A DNA stretch of 64,000 nt from Eukaryota sp. TZLM1-RC (Eukaryota; Protista; Metamonada: BaSk clade), in assembly GCA_040285825.1 (NCBI GenBank), contig JAUPSS010000012.1, forward strand, positions 248,001 through 312,000, given 5' to 3'. Shown piece by piece: positions 58,422-64,000 of this stretch. The notes beneath the pieces are model-generated. The model had not been told where the DNA came from. It made no database searches and saw only the letters and a list, made by a program, of their open reading frames with translations. The position numbers and the translations under genes were made by a program. Each line of letters begins with the position of its first letter. Position 1 is the first letter of the stretch.

Positions 58422-61400
58422 CTATAAACAATCCATATAAACTAAGAATTGGCTTCGCTTCCTAATTCTATTACTACGTCTAGGCCTCTTAAAGGGTGTA
58501 GACTCATTGGAAGTACCTTGACGTCGACTAGTGGTACGTTTTCCAATTTTCTTGTTATCCTTACTAAATAACTGATAAGCTTCTGAATGTTTAACCGAAT
58601 GGAGAGACTCTTCTGTTGTCTCACCGCAAAACAATAGAACAGCACAGAAACTACCAGAATCAGAGTTATATTCTGAGAGGATTGTCTCAATAACATGTTT
58701 TTCAGCATCGCCTGCTGCGACTGCTTTGAGGAACTCAATGTCCTGTTGATTTTCTGCGTTATAGATTTTACAATTTTTCATGGCAGCTTTCAATTCTGTG
58801 CCAGTAGTAAGATTCTTCAATGATAAAGTGGATTTGAAAGGAAGGTCAATAACTAAAAATGGTCCATTCCAAGATCCATACAATTTATTATTTTGTTTGG
58901 TTTTACGTAAGACGTAATCACCAATATTGAAAATTATAAAACACGAATTAGTATTATCTACTGAAGATGGAGTATTAAATGTTTGGTGACGCTCTGCTTC
59001 TTCCCTTTTCTCTTGTAGACGAGTGTTTTTCATTTTTATGTCATCCAATTAAGCGATATTAGTTTCAAATTTGGATAAATTTCCTAATATATTGGCAGAA
59101 TCTGTTCTTGGACTAATCGAAGAACCAAACATAAGTTTGTAGGGGGTAAAACCAGTTTTTCTGCTTTTAGTAGAATTTATTAATAGTTGGGATATGGGTA
59201 CATAAGTAGATCAATTTCCATAATCATTAAAATTTATTAATAATTTTCTCAAGCATTGTAGAACGTCTCTATGTTTTCGTTCTACAAGTACATTACTTTC
59301 AGAGTAGTGGGGTATTGAGTTACACATCTCAATAGCTAATCTATTACACACTATCTTAAAGGTCTCATTGGCGAACTTAGGACCATTATCACTATGAATT
59401 AACATAGGTATGCCAAAAATTGCGCAAACGTTCCAAATTAAAGCGTCTGCGGTCTCTAAGGCATTGAGTTCCTTTAGAGGAACTAAAATTGAATATCCAG
59501 TAAAAGAATCTGCAAATACTAACAAGTATTTATAAATATCACTATCAGTATTCAGAGGCCCAATTGTGTCGACATTTAATCTAGCAAAAGGACGATCTGC
59601 CCAAAGGGAACCTGTGGAAGGTGTTTTTGAATTTTTAACTGAAGCCGTTTTTTGACAAGTTGGGCAACTTTTGACATGATTTATTAGGTCTTTTCTCATA
59701 TTAGGCCAGTAGAAGTCACTTTTGGATAGTTTGTGTAAACTATCGTTTTTGCTGGGGTGGCCAGATTGAACTAAACTATGTATTATTAATAGTGCCTGTT
59801 TTCTGAAGCTCTTTGGAATTAAAATTTTGTTTTTACTATTTTTCCAAATTTGGATATTATCATCTAGAATTGCATTTTCAAATAAAGGGTCATTGTTGTT
59901 TTTGGCTATTTGTTGTTTAGATCTTATCTTAGAGAACTAAGAAGAAAAAATAGGTAGGTCTTGGTGTCTACTCAAGGATGAAATTAATGCGACCTCCGAA
60001 TCAGAAACATTGTCTAGTGGAGGTATCTCGTAATTCGAAAGTAAAGTGTCAGATATATTTCTACTACAAATTGAAGGAGTTTCCTCGCTTTGATCCAAAT
60101 CAATATTCCTCGATAGCATATCTGCCCGATGGTTGTCTCCACCAGGTTCGTGGACTATATCAAAGTCGAATTCAGATAGTATCGGCAGCCATCTCTTTAC
60201 AATTCTATTTTTTCTGGGACTGTAGCCAGGAATGCAATGTTTTTGTGATCAGCGAAAATTGTTAAATGTCTAGTCAACAAGTAGCTGTCTGAACAACTTT
60301 CAGTTAAAATCACAAGTATTGCATATAATTCTTTTTGAAAAGTAGACCATTTTCTTTGTGTTTCTGTAAGTAATCTACAATAGAATGACAAAGGTTTTAC
60401 TTTCCCTTTACTCAGCGGGGTTCCTGCAGGGGAATAGGGTTCAATTTCTTGCCAAATTAAGGCTCCTACTGTTACATTTGAAGCATCAGTACTTATTAAT
60501 ACTCGCTTGCCCGGAGCTGGTAATTCAATGGGCATGTGGTTTACTATTTTATCGTTGATTTGTTTAAGATAATCGTAATGCTCATTGGTCCATTTGATAG
60601 TTCTAGGTTTTCCTTATATTAACTCGTTAATTGGAGCCATTAATTCAGAAATTCCGGGAAGCCAATCTCTTATATAATTTATCGATCCAACCAAGGAGCG
60701 AACCTCTTTCACTGTTTTTGGTCTGGGTATTTTCATAAGGGCTTCGATCTTTTTCTTGCTGATGAACCTAGTCTTGTTGTAAAAGGTGCTTCCTAATATG
60801 TCAATGGGGTGTTTGGCTGTGACGAATTTACATTTTTGTAAACCAATGTTTACCCGTCTTTTTCTGGCGCATTCGAGGACTCTTTGTAGTCGTTTGTAGA
60901 ATTCATCAAATGAAGTGCCGACTATTATAATGTCGTCTTATGTATATGAAAACGCCGTCTATTTGGAAAATTTCCATCATTACATTTTGAAATACTGATG
61001 GGATATTCTTTAAGCCGAAGCAAGCTCTTTTAAACATAATGGACCTTCCAGGTATTGACATTGATATTTTTTCAATATCTTTTTCTGCTACATTCATTTG
61101 CCAGAAAGTTTTTGGTAAATCAAGTATGGCAATGTAGTCAGCTCTGCTTAAAAATTCTAATATGTCACTAATCCGCGGTAAATTAGGTTCGACAGAAATT
61201 GTATGGGCATGAACACCATCTTTACCACTAAAGTCACCAGTTCATCTAGGTTTTCTATCATCTGGGTAGATAACAAGGACAATAAAAGAGATGAATATAT
61301 AATTCGTTTCAACTGCACAACCCATTTCTATCAATTCGTCGAATATTTTGTTGGCTATTTCTAATTTGCTTGGGTTTAACCGTCTAGCAGATTTGTATAC

Positions 61401-62030
61401 AATAGCGTTTTTATCGCGAAATGGGATTGTAAGAGGACTACAATCAAAACCTTTTTTGTTTGAAGTTTCACTAAAAACATCGCAGAAAATTTTCAGTAGA
61501 CTCGTTAATTTTAATTTATTTTAACTATCATCTTATTTTATCTCACATCCAGATCTTGTCAATTGCTCCTCAAAATCAAAAGGACTTGGTGATGGGTTAT
61601 CTAAGTTTCCAATCCAATGTTGAGCGATTCTTGAGTCGAATTGTGATTCTGCATTCAACAAAGTGCGGTGTTTTTTGTCTAATCTAATGGAAAGACTATC
61701 ATCCGTCTGAAGCCCCAAGAGTTTTTAACATGTCTGTCCCTATTAGTAATTTGTTCGAACCCGGGATTATGGGAAGGGTATGTCTGTAATGAACTTGTTG
61801 CGCAATACTTCCTACGTTGAACGACGGAATACCAGTTGCACTCCCAAGCGATTTTGTGGATACGTTATTAGCTGGTAAAAACTGAATAGTATCCTTGCCA
61901 TTGATTGACATATGGCATTGTTCAGCTAAATCTGCAGTAATAACTGAACAAAACGTAGCCGAATCTATAGTCGCAATCATTTTAATATCATTTATTGATA
62001 TTTCCAGTCTTAGAAATGGAGAACACTGGG
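58422..62030 (-). mobile_element. Degenerate Ty3/Gypsy LTR retrotransposon pol (PR-RT-RH-INT, chromodomain-like tail)
   Basis: Protease ATIDSA; RT FGLKNIP..YI(DD); RNase H STDAS..KELYAI; integrase CPTCQ, VDTIGP, HSDNG, VER and W.GPF. Many frameshifts and stops. Confidence 0.92.
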
Positions 62031-64000
62031 ACCTGATGCGCAGACGTTCCATGTCAAAGCATTTGCTACTTCTAAGGCATTAAGTTCTTTTAAAGGTACA
62101 AGTATTGTATACCTTGTAAATGAATCGACGAAAACTAGTAAATATTTATTATCGTTGTTGTCTTTATTGAGTGGTCCAATTGTATCCACGTTTAATCTTG
62201 CGAAAGGGCGATTAGCCCACAGGGAACCAGTTGAGGGAGTCTTTGATTGCTTTACTGGTGCTGTTTTTTGGCAAGTAGGACAACGTTCTATATGCTTGAT
62301 GAGATCTTTTCTCATATTTGGCCAGTAGAAATCGCTCTTGGAAAGTTTATGAAGACTTTCGTTTTTGCTAGGGTGGCCTGATTGGGTTAAACCGTGTATT
62401 AAGTTGAGTGCCGTTTTTCTTAGTTTGATCGGGATTATCATTTTATTATTATTATTTAACCAGATTTCTGTGTTTTTGCATAGTGTAGCGTTTTTGAATA
62501 ATGGATCATTATTGCTTATGGCTAGTTGTTGCTCAGATCTAACTTTTGAGAGCCAATTTGAAAAAATGGGCAAATCTGGGTGCTTTGCTAATTCCAAAAT
62601 GTGGATTGGATTTGGATCTTCATAATCAGAATCGTCATCAGGGGGTGGTATTTCGCCGTGCCAAAAGGGATCATGTGGGTAGTTGATGTGATTTATTTCC
62701 GGATTTTCTAAATTTGTGTCTATGATTCTTGACATCATGTCAGCCCAGTGATTGTCTTCTCCTTTTTCGTGTACGATATCAAAGTCAAATTCTGATAAGA
62801 TAGGTAACCATCTTTTGACGATTCTGTTCTTTTCAGGAGCCGTGGCGAGGAATGCAATATTCCGGTGATCTGTGAAAATAGTCAGATGTCTAGTAATGAG
62901 AAAGCTTTCCAGATGACTTTCTGTTAGTATTAATAGTATCGCATACAATTCTTTTTGTAAAGTAGACCAACGCTTTTGAGTATCGGTTAAAATCCTACTA
63001 TAAAAGGAAATTGGTGTTACTTTCCTATCTTTTAATGCAGTTCCAATGGGTGCATAAGGTGCTATTTCTTGCCAAATGACTCCTCCTACTGCGATGTCAG
63101 ATGCATCGGTGCTAATCAGAATGCGTTTGTCTGGTGAAGGTAATTCCAGAGGCATGTGATTAATAATCAGTTGTTTTATTTGATCTAATAGATGATCGTG
63201 TTTGGCTTACCAATTTACACGACGTTGTTTGTGCTTACTTAGCTCATTTATGGGTGCTATTAGTTGTGAAATATTTGGGAGCCAATCTCTTATGAAATTG
63301 ACTGAGCCAACTAATGACCGTACTTCCTTGATAGTTTTTGGAGCAGGGATGTTTATTTAAGCATCTACTCGTTTTTTGCTAATTTTTCGTTGTTTGAATT
63401 GGAAAGTGCTGCCTAAAATGTCAATTGGTTGTTTGTCAGTAACGAATTTACATTTTCTCAATCCAATGTTGACACTTCTACTCCTTGCGCATTGCAGTAT
63501 CCTCTGTATTCTGTCAAAGAATTCTTGAAGGGTTGATCCTAATATGATTATATCGTCGATGTAAATAAATACTCCTTCTATTTGAAAAATTTCCATCATT
63601 ACATTTTGAAAAATCGCTGGGATATTCTTTAGTCCGAAGCATGCCCTTTTAAACATAATAGATCTGCCAGGAATAGAGATAGATGTCTTTTCAACATCTT
63701 CGTCGGCTACTTTCATTTGCCAAAAAGCTTTTGGGAGATCCAAAGTGGCAATAAAGTTGGCCTGACTCAGAAATTCCAAAACATCTGAAATTAATGGTAA
63801 GTTAGACTCCACCGGAATTGTGTGAGCGTTAACTCCATCTTTACCACTGAAATCGCCCGTCAATCTAGGTTTTCGATCATCAGGGTATATCACCAATACT
63901 ATTGGGGAACTGAACTTGTAGTTCGATTCAATTGCATAGCCCATTTCAATCAATTCATCAAAAATCTGATTGGCTATTTGTAATTTCTTTGGGTTGAGGC
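62031..64000 (-). mobile_element. Second, better-preserved Ty3/Gypsy pol (RT-RH-partial INT); runs off the window
   Basis: LDLPKAFWQ, FGLKNIPAIFQ, YIDD, STDASD, TDHRN, H..GH..CPTC and VDTIGP; the integrase is cut at NVCA. Confidence 0.93.

Noticed and set aside
1824-62625. Numerous short antisense or overlapping ORFs in the supplied track
   Set aside because: They are shadows of real genes or retroelements, mostly with non-ATG starts.

Overview
AT-rich, gene-dense eukaryotic DNA in the standard genetic code, most likely from a divergent protist. The very short introns with a branch point fused to the 3' splice site resemble metamonads, but this taxonomy is inference. Host genes: VPS26C, SLBP, an AUP1-like acyltransferase, AMP deaminase, NAC-alpha, PC4/SUB1, a Rab GTPase, a MARCH-type E3 ligase, a CTP-dependent lipid kinase, a SPRY-RING protein, a shortened clathrin heavy chain, an ependymin-like family (three copies), a 2TM-repeat protein, a transglutaminase-like protein and tRNA-Pro(AGG). 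Most intergenic gaps hold truncated copies of about 7-8 families of CRE-like non-LTR retrotransposons (RT plus restriction-like endonuclease, RLE), roughly a quarter of the window by my estimate; one copy keeps an 833-aa ORF. The right end holds two fused Ty3/Gypsy elements. Main findings that the ORF track misses: (1) a decayed Fanzor1 (eukaryotic TnpB-like RNA-guided nuclease) at about 19045-19642, followed by strong hairpins where an omegaRNA/element end would be expected; (2) 14 introns of 26-39 nt that all have T at -9 and A at -7 from the 3' end; (3) a clathrin heavy chain that appears to lack one whole CHCR repeat; (4) a 2.3-kb near-perfect inverted duplication; (5) a perfect 3x78-bp tandem repeat. 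All family assignments come from motif recognition by eye, no database search was run, and mobile-element boundaries are approximate.
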